A stretch of DNA of 64,000 nucleotides, from assembly GCF_009914755.1 (NCBI RefSeq), contig NC_060933.1; one strand, given 5' to 3'. The notes beneath the pieces were generated by a model. That model was not told the DNA's origin and made no database searches. It saw only the letters and a list, made by a program, of their open reading frames with translations. This document shows, piece by piece, positions 1 to 16,894 of this stretch (positions are counted from its first letter, which is position 1; each line of letters begins with the position of its first letter). A program made the translations under genes and the position numbers. The DNA comes from the human T2T-CHM13v2.0 reference genome, Homo sapiens.

Positions 1-433
1 ACACTGATGAAATAAATTGTAGATGACATAAATACACAGAGAAACATCCCATGCTCATGAATTGGATAATCAATATGTTTAAAAGGATTATATTGCCCAA
101 AGCAATCTGCAGATTCAATCCAATCCCTATCCAATTACCAACATCATTTTTCAAAGCATTAGAAAAAAAATCCTAAAATTCATCTGTAACTAGAACAGAC
201 CCCAAATAACCAAAGCAATCTCAAGCAAAATGAACGAAGCTAGAAAATCACATTATCTGACTTCAAATTATAGTACAAGGCATAGTAACCACAAAACCAT
301 GGTATTGGTATAAAAATAGGCAACTAGATCAATGGAATAGAATGGAGAACCCAGAAATAAAGCCACATACCTACAACCAAATGATCTTTGACAAAGTCAA
401 CAAAAGTACACACTGGTAAAATGATACTCCAGT

Positions 434-805
434 TGTATTAGTCCGTTATCACACTACTATAAAGAAATACCTGAGACTGGGTAATTTATAAATAAAAGAG
501 GTTTAATTGGCTTATGGTTTCAGAGGCTGTACAGGAGGCATGGCTGGGGAGGTGTCAGGAAACTTATAATCATGAAGAGGAAAGAGGCACGTCTTCACAT
601 TGCTGGGAGCAGGAGAAAGAGAGCAAAATGAGAAGTGTTACACACTTTCAAACAACCAGATCTCATGAGAACTCACTATTGCAAGAACAGCAAGGGGAAA
701 ATCTGCCCCCATGATACAATCACCTCCTACCAAGCCCCTCCTCCAATACTGGGGATTACAATTCAACATGAAATTTGGGTGGGAACACAAATCCAAATCA
801 TATCA
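434..805 (-). mobile_element. MSTA-type MaLR solo LTR nested in L1
   Basis: tgtattagtcc...ccaaatcatatca matches the reverse of the MSTA termini; L1 resumes directly at ...caataaatgg; degenerate 5-bp TSD ccagt/ctggt. Confidence 0.88.
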
Positions 806-1522
806 CTGGTCAATAAATGGTACTGAAAAATTGGATAGCCATACACAGAAGAATGAAACTGGACTCATATTTCTCGCCACATATTTTTTAAAAACCTCAA
901 AATGGATTAAGACCTGAAACTATAAAAATCCTAAAAGAAAACCTAGAAAACACCATTTTGGACCTTGGCCTTGGGAAAGAATTTGTGACTAAGTCCTCAG
1001 ATCCAATTAAACTAAAGAGCTACACAGCAAAAGAAACTATCAACAGAGTAAACAGACAACCTACAGAATGGGAGAAAATATTCACAGATTGTGCACTCGA
1101 CAAAGGTCAAATATCCAGAGACCATAAGGAACTTAAATAATGCAACAAGCAAAAACAAATAACCCCATTAAAAATTGGGCAAAAGACATAAACAGACACT
1201 TCTTAAAAGAAGACATAAGAGTGACCCACAAACATATGAAAAAATGTTCAACATTACTATTCAGCAGAGAGATGCAAATCAAAACCACAGTGAGATACCA
1301 TCTCACACCAGTCAGAATGGCTACTATTAAAAAGTCAAAAAACAACAGATGCTGGTGAGGCTGTGGAGAAAAAGGAACACTTATGGAATGTAAATGAGCA
1401 CAACCTTTAAGGAAGACAGTATGAAGGTTTTTTTTTAAAGAACTAAAAACAGAACTACCATTCAATCCAGCAATCCCACTATTGGGTATAAACCCAAAGA
1501 GAAAAAATCATTAATTACATTA

Positions 1523-1839
1523 GGTCGGTCACGGTGGCTCAAGCCTGTAATCCCAGCACTTTGGGAGGTCTAGGCAGGTGGATCACTAGAGGCCAGGAGT
1601 TTGAGACCAGCCTGGCCAACATGGTGAAACCCTGTCTCTACTAAAAGTACAAAAATTAGCCAGGCATGGTGGCAAATGCCTATACTCCCAGCTACTCAGG
1701 AGGTTGAGGTGGGAGAATCACTTGAACCCAGGAGGCGGAGGTCACAGTGAGCCAAGATCGCGCCACTGCACTCCAGCCTGGGCAACAGAGTGAGACCCTA
1801 TGTCAAAAAAAAAAAAAAGAAGAAGAAGAAAAAAAGAAA
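1523..1839 (+). mobile_element. AluS inside L1
   Basis: Full dimeric Alu with A/GAA tail. Confidence 0.95.
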
Positions 1840-2439
1840 GATACCAGCCCTCATATGTTTACTGCAACAATAATAACATACGAGTGCTATTTCATAATAG
1901 CAAAAATACGGAATTAACCTGAATGTCTATCAAGAGTTGATTGAATAAAGAAAATGTGGTATACACTCCTACCCCTCCCTTCTCCCCACCCACCCACAGA
2001 CACACCATGGAATACTACTAGGGCATAAAAAAGAATGAAATCATGTCTTTTGCAGCAACATGGATAGAACTGGAGGCCTTTATCATAAGTTAAATAACTC
2101 AGAAACGGAAAGTCAAATATGACATGTTCTCACTTGTAAGTGGGAGCTAAACAATCGGTACACCTGCACGTACAGAGTGCAATGACAAACACTGGAGACT
2201 ACAAAAGGTGGGAGAATGGAAGGGTGGGAAGAGTATGAGGGTTGACAAAGTACTACTGATTGGGTACAACGTTCACTATTCAGGTGATGGGTATAATAAA
2301 AGCTCAAACTTCACTACTACACAATGTATGCATGAAAGAGACCTGCTTATACCCCCTAAATATATAAAAATAAAAATATAAATAAAGGTAACTGAAACTA
2401 TTAGCTGATTTTTTCTTTTCCATATGTCTAAGTCCTTCT

Positions 2440-2710
2440 TTAGAACATTTAACAAATATTCACCAAACACCTACCTACTCAGTGCTAAGCAAATGTTTTA
2501 GGAGCTGAAAATGTAGTAGTAAACAAGACAGACAAGACCTTTCTCTCATAGAATTTACATTCTAGAGAAGAGACAAATAATTAACAAGTAAACAAACAAA
2601 ATGATTATTTTGTAGAGTAAAAAAATGAATAAAGATAAAAGTATAATATGATAAAAAGTTAACGAGGATGGGGTGAAAGCAGCATAAATTTAGCTTAAAA
2701 ATAGGGTAGA
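2440..2710 (-). mobile_element. L2 3' fragment (probably continues at ~8020-8130)
   Basis: L2-typical text: aacaaatatt...aaacaagacagacaagacc...ctcatagaatttacattctag. Confidence 0.65.
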
Positions 2711-2719
2711 CAGACTTCT

Positions 2720-5700
2720 TCCACTTTAGCCTTCTTTTTCAAAAGAAGTTTTGGCCATTATAGTTCCTTTGCCGTTCGTTTAAATTCCAGAAAAATCTTG
2801 TCTATACTTATAAAAATCATGCCGAGGTTTTGATAGGAATTATATTAAACCTTTATATCAATTCGAGGCATGTGGACATCTTTATTATCTTGTGCTATCC
2901 AATTCGTGAATACGTATATCTTTCCTTGTGATTAGATCTTCTTTGATTTCTTTCACGAGTATTTTAAAGTTTTACTAAAGCTAAACGTGGCCCATGCATA
3001 TTTTGTCAGATTTGCATCTGAGTATTTCATTACTTTTTAGGGATTGCAAATGATACTGTATTTTTTATATATTTTGTCAGATTCACATCTGAATATTTCA
3101 TTATTTTTCAGAAATTGCAAATGGGATTGTATTTTTTATTTCAAATGTTCACATGTTCATTGCTAGTATATAGGAATACAATTGATGTTGTATATTTTTC
3201 TTGTATTCTGAGACCTTGCCAAACTTACTAATTGCTTCTAGAAATTTATTTTGTAGATTCCCTGAGATTTTCTATGTAAAAAAATCATGTGATCTGCCAA
3301 TGGGTAAGTCTTATAGTCTTATTTCTTCCTTTCTTATCTGAATGCCTTCTTCCTTTTTTGATTTTTTTTTTCCCTGTTATTGCACTGGCTAGGACTTCCC
3401 ACACGATGTTGAATAACAGTGGGCAGAGTGAATCTGCTTTTCTTGTCTCTGACCTTTTGGAGAAAGTATTCAGTCTTTCACCATAAATATGTCAGCTGTA
3501 GCTCTTTTATTGATGTTCTTCGTCAAGTTGAGTAAGTTCTCTTCTATTCTTATTTTTTTTTTGAAAGTTTTAAAAATCATTTTCGGTATGGAATTTTGTC
3601 AAATGTTTTTCTTGTATCCATTGATATGATGATGTGATTTTTCTTCTTCTGCCTGTTATTATAATATACTGATAGATTTTCAAATAGGGAACCATTCTTG
3701 CATCACTGTAATAAACCCCACTTAGTTATGTGTATAGTTATCTTTTATGTATTGTTGAATCCTATTTGTTAATATTTTGTTAAGGATTTTTACAACTGTG
3801 GTATATGCATGAGGGCTATTGGTCTTACTTTGTAGTTTTCTGTTTTTGAACTATCTTTGTCTGCTTTTAGTATCAAGATAATGCTAATGTCTTAAAATGA
3901 TTTGGGAAGTATTCTCTCTTCTTTAATTTTCTGGAAGATTTTTTTTGTTTTGTTTTATTTATTTATTTATTTATTTTTTGGGAATTGACGTTTATTCTTC
4001 TTTAAACATTTGGTATATTTCTCCAGTGAAACTATCCAGGACAGGGATTTGGAGCTGAGGGGAGGAGGAGTCTAAAGTGACAAAATAAATTTCCTTAATA
4101 GTTATAGGGCTTTCAAAATTATCTATTTCATATTGGCGAATTGTGGTAGTTTGTGTTTTTAAGAAATTGGTCCATTTCATCTAATTCATCAAGTTTATGT
4201 GTGTAAAATTATTTGTAGCATTCCCTTATTATCCTTTTGATTTACACAAGGTCTGTGGTGATATCACCTGTTTCAGATAGTGGTAATTTATTTTTTCTCT
4301 CCTCTCTTCCTTTTCAGTCTTGCTTGTGTTTGTTTAGTTTTATTGTCATTTTCAAATAATCAATTTTTTGTTTCATTAACTTCGTTGTTTTTCTGTTTTC
4401 TACCACATTGATTTCCTTCCTTCGGCTTCCTTTGGATTTATTTTGCTCTTTTTTTTTTTTTCTAGGTTCTTGAGGTGGGAGCCTAGATTATTGATTTGTA
4501 ACTTCCTCTTTTCTAATGTATGCATTTAGGGCTATACACATCCTTCTCATTGAATATAAAGACACAGATATGTTAAAAGAAAAGGATGAATCATGACTTC
4601 AGCTGTGTCCCCCACACAACTTGATACATTGTATTTTTATTTCATCTAGTTCAGTCCATTTTTTAATTTCCCTTGAGACTTCTTCTTTGACCCATTGATT
4701 ATTCAGAAATATGTTGTTTACTTTCTAAGTATTTGAAGATTTTTCTGTTATATCTATTATGGGCTGAAGATTTATGTCCCCACAAAGATTTGTATGTTGA
4801 AATCCTAACCCACCTGCAAAGTGATGATATTCGCAGTTGAAGCCTTGGGGACGTGATTAGGTCACAAGAGTTAAGCCCTTATAAATGTGATTAGTACCTC
4901 ACAAGAAGAGGATGGGAGACCAGAGTTCCCTCCCTCTCCAACACATGAGGACACAGAAAGAAGGCAAGCAAGGAAAAGGGAATTTCACCAAAAAACGAAT
5001 TAGCCAGCACCTCAATCTTAGACTTCAGCCTCCAGAACTGTTAGAAATAAGTCTGTTGTTCAAAGCACCCAATTTATGTTATTTTGCTACAGCAGTCCAC
5101 AGCTGCTGAAGGCAGCTGTTATTGCTCTGTTATTGCTTTCTTGTTTGATTCTATCGTGGTCAGAGAACACACTCCATACAATTTGAATCTTAAAATTTGC
5201 TGAGGCTTTTTTTATGGTCCAGGATATAGTCTTGTCTTGATATGTGTCCTGTAGGCACTTGAAAATAATATATGTTCTATTTTTGTTGGGCATAATGTTC
5301 TATAAATGTTAACTAGATCTTTTTTGTTGATGGTGTTATTGAGTCCTTCTATATTGTTGCTAAACTCCTGTCTAGTTCTTCTATCGGTTTTGGAAAGGGG
5401 TATTGAAGTATCCAACCATCATTGTAGAATTGTCTATTTTTTCTTTCAGTTCTGTTAGATTTTACCTCACACATTTTGCAGTTCTGTTGTTTGATGCATA
5501 AACATTTAGGATTTCTATGTCTTCATGGTAAATGATATTTTATAATTATTTGGTGTCCCTCTGTGGTAATTATTTGGAAGGCCTACTTTATCTGTTATTA
5601 ATATAGCTACTCTCACTTTTGTTTGATTTGCATGTGTCTTTTTCCATCCATTTACTTTCAATCTGTCTATATCATTATAAGCAATGTGAATTTCTTGCAG

Positions 5701-5775
5701 ACAGTATATAATTAGGTCATGCTTTTAAACCCACTCCACTAATTTATGCCTTTTAATTTTGGTATTTAAACTATT
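2720..5775 (-). mobile_element. Old L1M (L1MC/MD-like) ORF2 remnant
   Basis: T-rich plus strand; minus-strand peptides resemble the L1 endonuclease/RT regions (LNNTINKKDLVNIYRTL; FSDHDRIK; DSFTGEIYQMFKEE). Confidence 0.85.
4756..5114 (+). mobile_element. MLT1A-type MaLR LTR nested in L1M
   Basis: Starts tattatgggctgaa...gtcccc...tgttgaaatcctaacc; ends ...cagcctccagaactgttagaaataag...tttgctacagcag. Confidence 0.8.
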
Positions 5776-5778
5776 TGC

Positions 5779-6075
5779 GACTGGGCACAGTGGCTTATGC
5801 CCGTAATCCCAGCACATTGGGAGGCTGAGGCAGGATGGTCACTTAAGGCCAGGAGTTTGAGACTGGCCTGGGCAACATAGTGAGATCCTATCTTTTCAAA
5901 AAATTGTAAAAATTATCCAAGTATTGTGGTAAGTGCCTGTAGTCCCAGCTACTTGGGATGTTGAGGTGGGAAGGTCGCTTGAGCCTAAGAAGTCGAGGCT
6001 GCAGTGAGCTGTGGTTGTGCTACTATACTCCAGACGACAGAGCAAAATGCTGTTTCACAAAAAATAAGAAAAAAT
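5779..6075 (+). mobile_element. AluJ
   Basis: Dimeric Alu with J-type diagnostics (gaggctgcagtgagctgtg). Confidence 0.9.
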
Positions 6076-6159
6076 TTCTAAAACAGAAATTATTTACATT
6101 TAATGTGACCTGAACATTTCTGGCATTACATTATATTATTATGTTTCAACTCCAGGTCT

Positions 6160-6800
6160 TAATTATATTAATGAAGACCAATTCTGATTTTTTTCTTGCC
6201 CAAATTACTATCTGAGGGGTCTGGGGAGTCATGCCCTACAAATCATAAATTCTCATCAGATGGGTTTATTTAATCCTATACATTGTGACTTACTTTCCAA
6301 TCTGGCTCTGGCATAACATGAGACAAGGAAGAAAAGGCAAAATACTTTATCCCAAAACACGTTTCTTGACATATTTTGAAATGGCCCTGCAAAGCTGTTC
6401 TTTGTAGGGAAAATTTTGCATCTGTAAAGAATGTCTATTAACATAGCTACATCTTTTTCTTTCAGACCCTCCCAATCCTAAAGAGATTAACTAAAATCTG
6501 AATAGGAAACATTTGTTGTCTATAGTCTCTAAGGGCAGCCACTAAAAGACGTCAAAGGAACTTTGGTCTCCACAATCTTTATCTTAACCAGAACATCCCT
6601 ATATCCCTATAGTCTGGAACCAACAACCCGCTGCCCCCAAAAGCATTTGTAAAATGTATAAAACAAAGCTGCTCCCTGACCACCTTGGGTACATGTTTTC
6701 AGGACCTTCTGAGGGCTGTGTCACAGGCCGTGGTCACTCATATTTGGCTCAGAATAAATCTTTTCAAATATTTTACAGAGTTTGGCTCTTCTCATTGACA
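6160..6800 (+). mobile_element. MER4-group ERV1 solo LTR
   Basis: 3' end gaccaccttggg...tcaggacc...ctcatatttggctcagAATAAAtc...ttgaca is typical of MER4 LTRs; 5' boundary uncertain. Confidence 0.75.
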
Positions 6801-6802
6801 TG

Positions 6803-6962
6803 TATTTATTTATTTTAGAGAGAGGTTCTCTCTCCGTCACCCAGGTTGGAGTACAGTGGCACAATCATAGCTCACTATAGCCTCAAACTCCTGGGCTTAA
6901 GCAATCCTCTAGCCTCAGCCTCCTGAATAGCTGGGATTACAGGTGTGAGCCACTGCACCCAG
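6803..6962 (-). mobile_element. Alu monomer (FRAM/AluJ-like)
   Basis: Single-arm Alu with T tail. Confidence 0.8.
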
Positions 6963-6964
6963 AT

Positions 6965-7858
6965 AGACCTTCAAACCTTCTATTTTCTCTGGCTTCTACT
7001 GACACTCATCCAGCAGGGGAAGGTAGTGGCCTTGTTACTGACAAGGGAATGAAGAAGTCCCAGTTCCCCATGTGGCCTTCTCTGATACCCCAAAGGCCCC
7101 TCTTTTCAGCTGGATGAGGTAGGAATTCACCTCCCCACTAGGACTTCACGGATCTCTTCCTGGATGGGAGTGGTAGGTATGTCTAGTCACTGTTCCCCCC
7201 TTAATCTCCACTAACACCACACTGAGTGGAAGGTGGCCCCATGAATGCTGGTCCGTGGTGAATGTCCTGGCTTTCTACTAGTTCTTCCCTGACAACAACC
7301 CAGCAGGAAGGGGGAAGGTGCTTCAATGTCATGGATTAGGGGTGGAAGGCCATGCTCTTCACTGATGCTGAATAGGCCAGGGGATGGGGGTGCTCACTAT
7401 CTATCATTGAGATTAAAGTCCTGGCTCCCCACGCCATTCAACCGTTGCTCCCATGGGGAGGGGTGTGTTCATTTTAATTTTTTTCATTTTCTGTGGTGTT
7501 TGGCTGGAGTAGAGCACTTATTGTCTAGCATTTTTCTGTCTTGCTAGGTTGTCCTTTTCCCGGTATTTTGGCTAGGGAGAGCAGTTTTGTTTTGTTTTGT
7601 TTTGTTTTGTTTTGTTTTGTTTTCCTTCACATGTACCTACTGGCATTTCTGAGCTGCAGGCTCCTTTAGCTCCAAGAATAGGACACATGAGGCAAAGAGA
7701 GAATCCAGGGAACTGACCACCATGTCTTTCCTTGGGTCCCAAAGGCTTCAGCTGGTCTGCAATGCTCCACCTTTCAGTCTTATGCTTGTTTTATATAGGA
7801 CATCCAGGGTTTTTGGTTGTATTTAGCCAGAAAAATAGAGAAAATGTGTCTACTCCTC
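6965..7858 (-). mobile_element. L1MD/MC-like 5' end, containing a (TTTTG)n tract at ~7584-7623
   Basis: Recurring ctccactgacacc-like units and a terminal segment resembling an old L1M 5' UTR; collinear with the L1M body at 2720-5775. Confidence 0.55.
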
Positions 7859-7861
7859 CAA

Positions 7862-8010
7862 AGCCTGTTTTTGCACAGCCCTAGAGCTAAGAATGGCTTT
7901 TACATTTTTTTTTTAAAAGAACATGAGACAAAAAAAGACCACATGTGACCTGGAAAGCCTAAAATATTTACTATATAATCCTTCATACAAAAAAGTTGAA
8001 GACCCGTGAC
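7862..8010. mobile_element. MER58-type hAT/Charlie fragment
   Basis: gagctaagaatggcttttacatttt...aaagcctaaaatatttactat...aaaagttg. Confidence 0.75.
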
Positions 8011-9114
8011 TTCAGCCATGTTAAGGCACCTGGAGTTTATTCTAAGTGCAACTGGAAGGCATAGGAGGGTTGTTGGCAGAGGAATAAAGTGATTTTGTTT
8101 GCTACTTTGAAGAGATTACTGAAGTTAGTGAATCCAGTTATCTCTAAGCAATTTCCTAGAGTCCACAAAAGGAGTCTGGGGAAGCAGGCTCTGTGCATCT
8201 GGGCAGGGGCTTGAGAAAGGGAGTGAGTCAGCCTAATAAGGACTCTAGCATGTGGAGGCGTGCCTCTTTGCTGAGGTTTTATAGTAAGTAGGTGAGAAAG
8301 CGGGGAGTCTAACCCAGGTCAGTGCAGCTCCAGAGACTCATATCCCTCATTCTGCTCTATTTCAGGGGAGGACTCATAGGAAGACTCTGAGCCCAAGTCT
8401 CTGAGCCTTGAGATTTTGAAGACCTAGCGGGGAGGGAGAGGAAGATGCCTGGAGGATTCCCATAGGTTCCTCCCACAGGCTAGCCCTGCTGGGCTCCCCC
8501 GAGCTTCTTCCTCCATACTGTGAACCTGCTCTTTGCTGCTTCCTAGCTCGACTTTTCATCATCACCAAGCCATTTGTTTCTGTTTGTAATTATGCATTTT
8601 AATGTTCATTAATTATGGAATGCAAATTGCTCTGAGTACAAAATTTGTAATGAGCTGTTTTACCACCCCACCCCCAGGTCTAGAAGGTGGGCCAGCTGTT
8701 CTGAGCAGAAGGAAAAACAACCAACTTACAAAACAGAACAATTTGTCCTAGGGCCTGAGTGAATCATATGGTAAATAAGCCTGGGGGACTTCCTGCTGAT
8801 GCTGGAGGTGGGGCCCTGCCCCACCTGGGTCCTGGGTGACATCAGTGTGGCAATTTCATTCTTTGCTACAAACTTGGGCCTGAAAGGCAGGTGGGGTAAA
8901 GGAACAGCACTAGTCTTAGAACCAGCCTTTTACTGGCTATGACACCTTGAGCTAGTCCCTTGGCTTGTCTGAGCCTCAGTTTGTCCTTCTGGAAGGTAAG
9001 GATTATGATGAAATTATCCTCAAAGTAGGGGTGGCAGGCAAACACTAGCAGGCCCTGGATAAATGCATGTGAATGGCTCTCCAGATTGCTGGATTCCAGT
9101 TCTGCCTGGCTGTG

Positions 9115-9423
9115 TTTTTTTTTGTTTTGTTTTGTTTTTTGAGACAGAGTCACGCTCTGTCACCCAGGCTGGAGTGCAGTGGTGCAATCTCGGCTCACTA
9201 CAAGCTCTGCCTCCCAGGTTCACGCGATTCTCCTGCCCAAGCCTCCTGAGTAGCTGGGATTACAGGCATGCACCAACACGCCTGGCTAATTCTGTATTTT
9301 TAGTAGAGGCGGGGGTTTCTCCATGTTGGTCAGGCTGGTCTCGAATTCCTGACCTCAGGTGATCCGCCCGCCTCAGCACTCCCAAAGTACTGGGATTACA
9401 GCTGTGAGGCACCGCACCCAGCC
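9115..9423 (-). mobile_element. AluS
   Basis: Full-length antisense Alu. Confidence 0.95.
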
Positions 9424-9440
9424 AAAAATTTCCAGTTGCT

Positions 9441-9743
<303 letters not shown>

Positions 9744-10144
9744 TGGGCTGTGGTCTTTAACTGGCTGAGAGCCTTCAGATGAGAACACTCTGAGCCTCAG
9801 TCTCCTTCAATGGAGGCACTGGACAGCAGGAAGTCAGAGAAGACTTTCAGTGCTAACTGCTCAGTTTTTATCAAAGCAACTGTGAATTGTAGAAAGGGGA
9901 AAATTAGCTCTGAAGTATTTAAGAGGAAAATGGGGAATTTTCTTGGAATTGATTGAACATGTTTTAAGACATCACAAGGATGCCTCCAAACCTGCTTGAC
10001 TATGAACAATGACTTGTTCTCCTCCAAGGACTAGGTAAGTATTTGATTTCTTTAAGTCTCATGGCCAGAGAAAGCATAATAACAGTATCACCTCCTACTA
10101 ATAGTACTCCTCTCAACAATAGTATGCCTCAAAAATTATGGTAA

Positions 10145-10343
10145 ATATTTTTTATTTATTGTTATTATTTTTTACAGACAAGGTCTTACTCTGTCACCCA
10201 GGCTGGAGTGCAGGCAGTGGTGCAATCATAGCTCACTGCAGTCTTGAAATCCTGGGCTCAAGGGATCCTCTTGCCTCAGCCTCTCGAATAGCTGGGACTA
10301 CAGGCATGTGCCATCATGCTCGGCTAATTTTATTTTTATTTTT
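10145..10343 (-). mobile_element. Right arm of the AluJ that hosts the SVA insertion
   Basis: J-type right arm ending in linker ctaattttatttttattttt (10324-10343). Confidence 0.85.
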
Positions 10344-10352
10344 ATTTTTTTT

Positions 10353-12760
<2,408 letters not shown>

Positions 12761-12768
12761 GACTGACT

Positions 12769-12904
12769 CTAATTTTATTTTTATTTTTTGTAGATATGGA
12801 GTCTTATGCTGACCAGGCTGGTCTTGAACTCCTGACCTCCAGTGATCCTCCATCTCAGCCTCCCAAAGCCCTGGAATTACAGGTATGAGCCACCATGCCC
12901 AGCA
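12769..12904 (-). mobile_element. Left arm of the SVA-host AluJ
   Basis: Starts with the TSD copy ctaattttatttttattttt (12769-12788), followed by an Alu left arm. Confidence 0.85.
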
Positions 12905-14183
12905 GTAGTAAAGATGAAATGAGAGGTGAAAATAACGAGACTAAACACATAATGAAAGCCAGAATACACTGTCAGTCACAAAGAATAGACACAACTGTGA
13001 ATGAAGTCTGACTGAGCCACTTCCTCAATGTGTGCCCTGGCTGTTCTGAGTCTCAGTTTCCACAATTTATACATTGGAGAAAATAACTCCTTCCTCACTA
13101 GGCTTGTGAGAGGATCCCAGGAGGTCATTTACCTGATATGTGCCTGATGCCTGACAGGTGCTCACTAAATGCTAACTGCTATTGTAGTTACCTTGTTACT
13201 TTCTCCAAATAGGACACATTCAGGGAGAAATGTAAGGGAACCATATACAGGGAAATGGTTAGGCATTTCTTCCATGCCTACTTTTCCAATGAGGAAACTA
13301 AAACTCAGAGGTCAGGTGAGCTGCCTTGGGTCATACAGCAAGCAAGAGTCTGACTGAGCCCACCACTGAAGGCCCCCTGACTATGGGGCCAAATGAGGTT
13401 CTCTTTTCCCTGAACCACATGGAGGTGGCTTGTCTGTGGTGTTACAAGTGGTTCAGACTGGCTAGTGTAACACAGAGATTCTGAGAACCTTGTGGGAAGG
13501 GCCCTGTAATGAGTTATCGGAGGACTTTGGTGCTTTAGGGACAGAGAGGTTGCTTGTGGCATAGTCTTGGATGTACAGATTAGGTACAGCATCTTGGGAA
13601 GAAGAGATAGGGAAAGATGCAAGGAAGGAAATGAAATGCATATTTATTATGCACCTACCATAAGCTGGATGTTTCCCAATATGCTATCTTTTTTAATCCC
13701 CACAAAACTCAGAGGACCTCTAAGATACAATATACTCATTTTACAGGCAAGGTTATTGAAGATCACACAGGCTGAAGAAGGGCTGCTGAATTCTTCAATA
13801 TGAACCATCCCTTTGATAAGAAACTGAGTGGGCCTGGTTCTTCTCATCCCAGGAGAGCTCTGGTGTGCTTCCTGGCATATAAGTGAGTGGGAAAGGCTCT
13901 GCCAGTCCCCAGTCCCCCACCCCTCTTGCCACTCAGCCTCAATCTGTCAACCAGGCCAGCTAGCCCGTCTATTAATGCTGACATTGATTTGGATCAATCA
14001 AGATCCCATAATTACTGGGAGTTTTAATCAACTCATGCCAATTCAGCTGCCGCTCAATTTGTGCTGGACTTCGGTGCTCACAAGGAGGGAAGCGGCGAGG
14101 GTGGGGTGGGGCGGGGGGAGGGCATGCAAAAAGGATTACAGGGATCAATAGTCCTTGGTAATGAAGGACAGCAGCTGCAGGCA

Positions 14184-14196
14184 CCACCAGGGGGCC
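14184..14196 (+). promoter_or_regulatory. Candidate CTCF core motif
   Basis: CCACCAGGGGGCC versus consensus CCACCAGGGGGCGC. Confidence 0.5.
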
Positions 14197-14424
14197 TGAG
14201 ACTTCAGAGTGGAGGAGACAGAGCCTGCCCCCATCCCCCAGGAGAGCTCCCTGGCAGAGAATGAAAACCACGCCCCTGCTTCACCTCTGCCTACACCTGG
14301 ATCTGGAAACCACTTAGGCACTACCAGGCAGCACCTGTTCTCTGCAGGGTCCAACCCTCAGTATCTCTCTCCACATTTTGCCCTCAGCCAGGCCTGGCCT
14401 CCTCTTCCTGAAGAATCTTATGTA

Positions 14425-15300
<876 letters not shown>

Positions 15301-16377
15301 TAATCAAATTTTAAAAAACTCTGTAAATTATTTCTCAGCAGTCTCTGTGGTTATGTTCCTGAGTTCAAAAAGCAGAAGAATGCTGAGGAGACAAAAAAAT
15401 AAAAATAAGATTAATCCAGATACTGTCATTTCCTAGCTGTGTGACTTCAGGCAAGTCACTGCACTTTTCTGGTCCTGTTTTTCCTGTTCTAAAATAGACT
15501 CAATAATAAATAACCGCCTCCTGGGATTGCTGGGAACATTGAGTGCTGTCACGAATGAAAAATCCTTGTGTGGAAGTTCCTTCTTCCTTTTGATGTCCCA
15601 CATCAGAAAGAATCAGTTTTCTTTTTCTCCCATGTTCATTATTCTTCTCCTAGCACAAGCTTTATTCTGCCAGGTGGGACGGTTTCTGGGTCACAGTCTG
15701 TTTCCCTACGAGTCCACAGCTATTTGGGGACAGGGACTGTAATACACACAGCTTCCTTTTCTCAGTCCAGCACGTGGGAGGGAGACAAGCCAGTATGCAA
15801 GGCAAATGTGGCCTTTGGGGTCAAGCAAGCTTGGGCTTGAATCCCACCTGTCTTTGCCACTTACTAACCATGTAATGTTAGCCAGTCACTTCGTTAACAT
15901 TTGAACCTCAACTTCCTCAAAGTAAAATGAGCCTAATTACACCTACTCAGAATTGCTACGGAGGAAAAAAAAAAAAACAAAAAGTTAGACATTTAATGTC
16001 CCTAACATAGTATCTAGCACAATGGTAAGATCCTGATTGTTATAAAAGTTGCTATTATGATTATTATCACTCTTAATATTCAGTGCTCAGTAAATATTTT
16101 TGGAATGTAATAAAATGTCTGGTTGTATTGCTTAGTTTTGGCTTGAGTTCCAATGAAATACCAACAGGCCATTATCCCCACATGCCAGCCATCTGTGCAG
16201 CCTTCAACACACACTTACTGAAGACACCAGAAAGGAAATTCAAATGCTTTCAGGACACACTGTGGGCCAGGCACTATAGGAAGTGTTTTCCTTATACTGC
16301 TTTGCTGAAGGCCCACACTTCTATGAGATTGCTGTTATTGCTGTTATTAGCTTGATGTCTGCAGAAGAGAAAACTGA

Positions 16378-16746
<369 letters not shown>

Positions 16747-16894
16747 CGTACCATTCCTTTCTTGTGGAGGCACCAAGAAGTAGAAAATGTGAGAGTTCCC
16801 GACTTCAGGAAGAATCTAGACCAATGGTAGAGATCAGGTAAATTCCCAGAGGGAGAAAAGTCATAGTTCAAAATGGCTTATGATAAAAAATGTG

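Larger units (their letters stand above)
1..2386 (+). mobile_element. Old L1 (L1PB/L1MA-type) ORF2 3' part and 3' UTR, interrupted by an MSTA LTR and an Alu
   Basis: Degenerate ORF2 peptides ([18 protein letters not shown]; [34 protein letters not shown]); L1 3' UTR; A-rich end at ~2360-2386. Confidence 0.9.
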
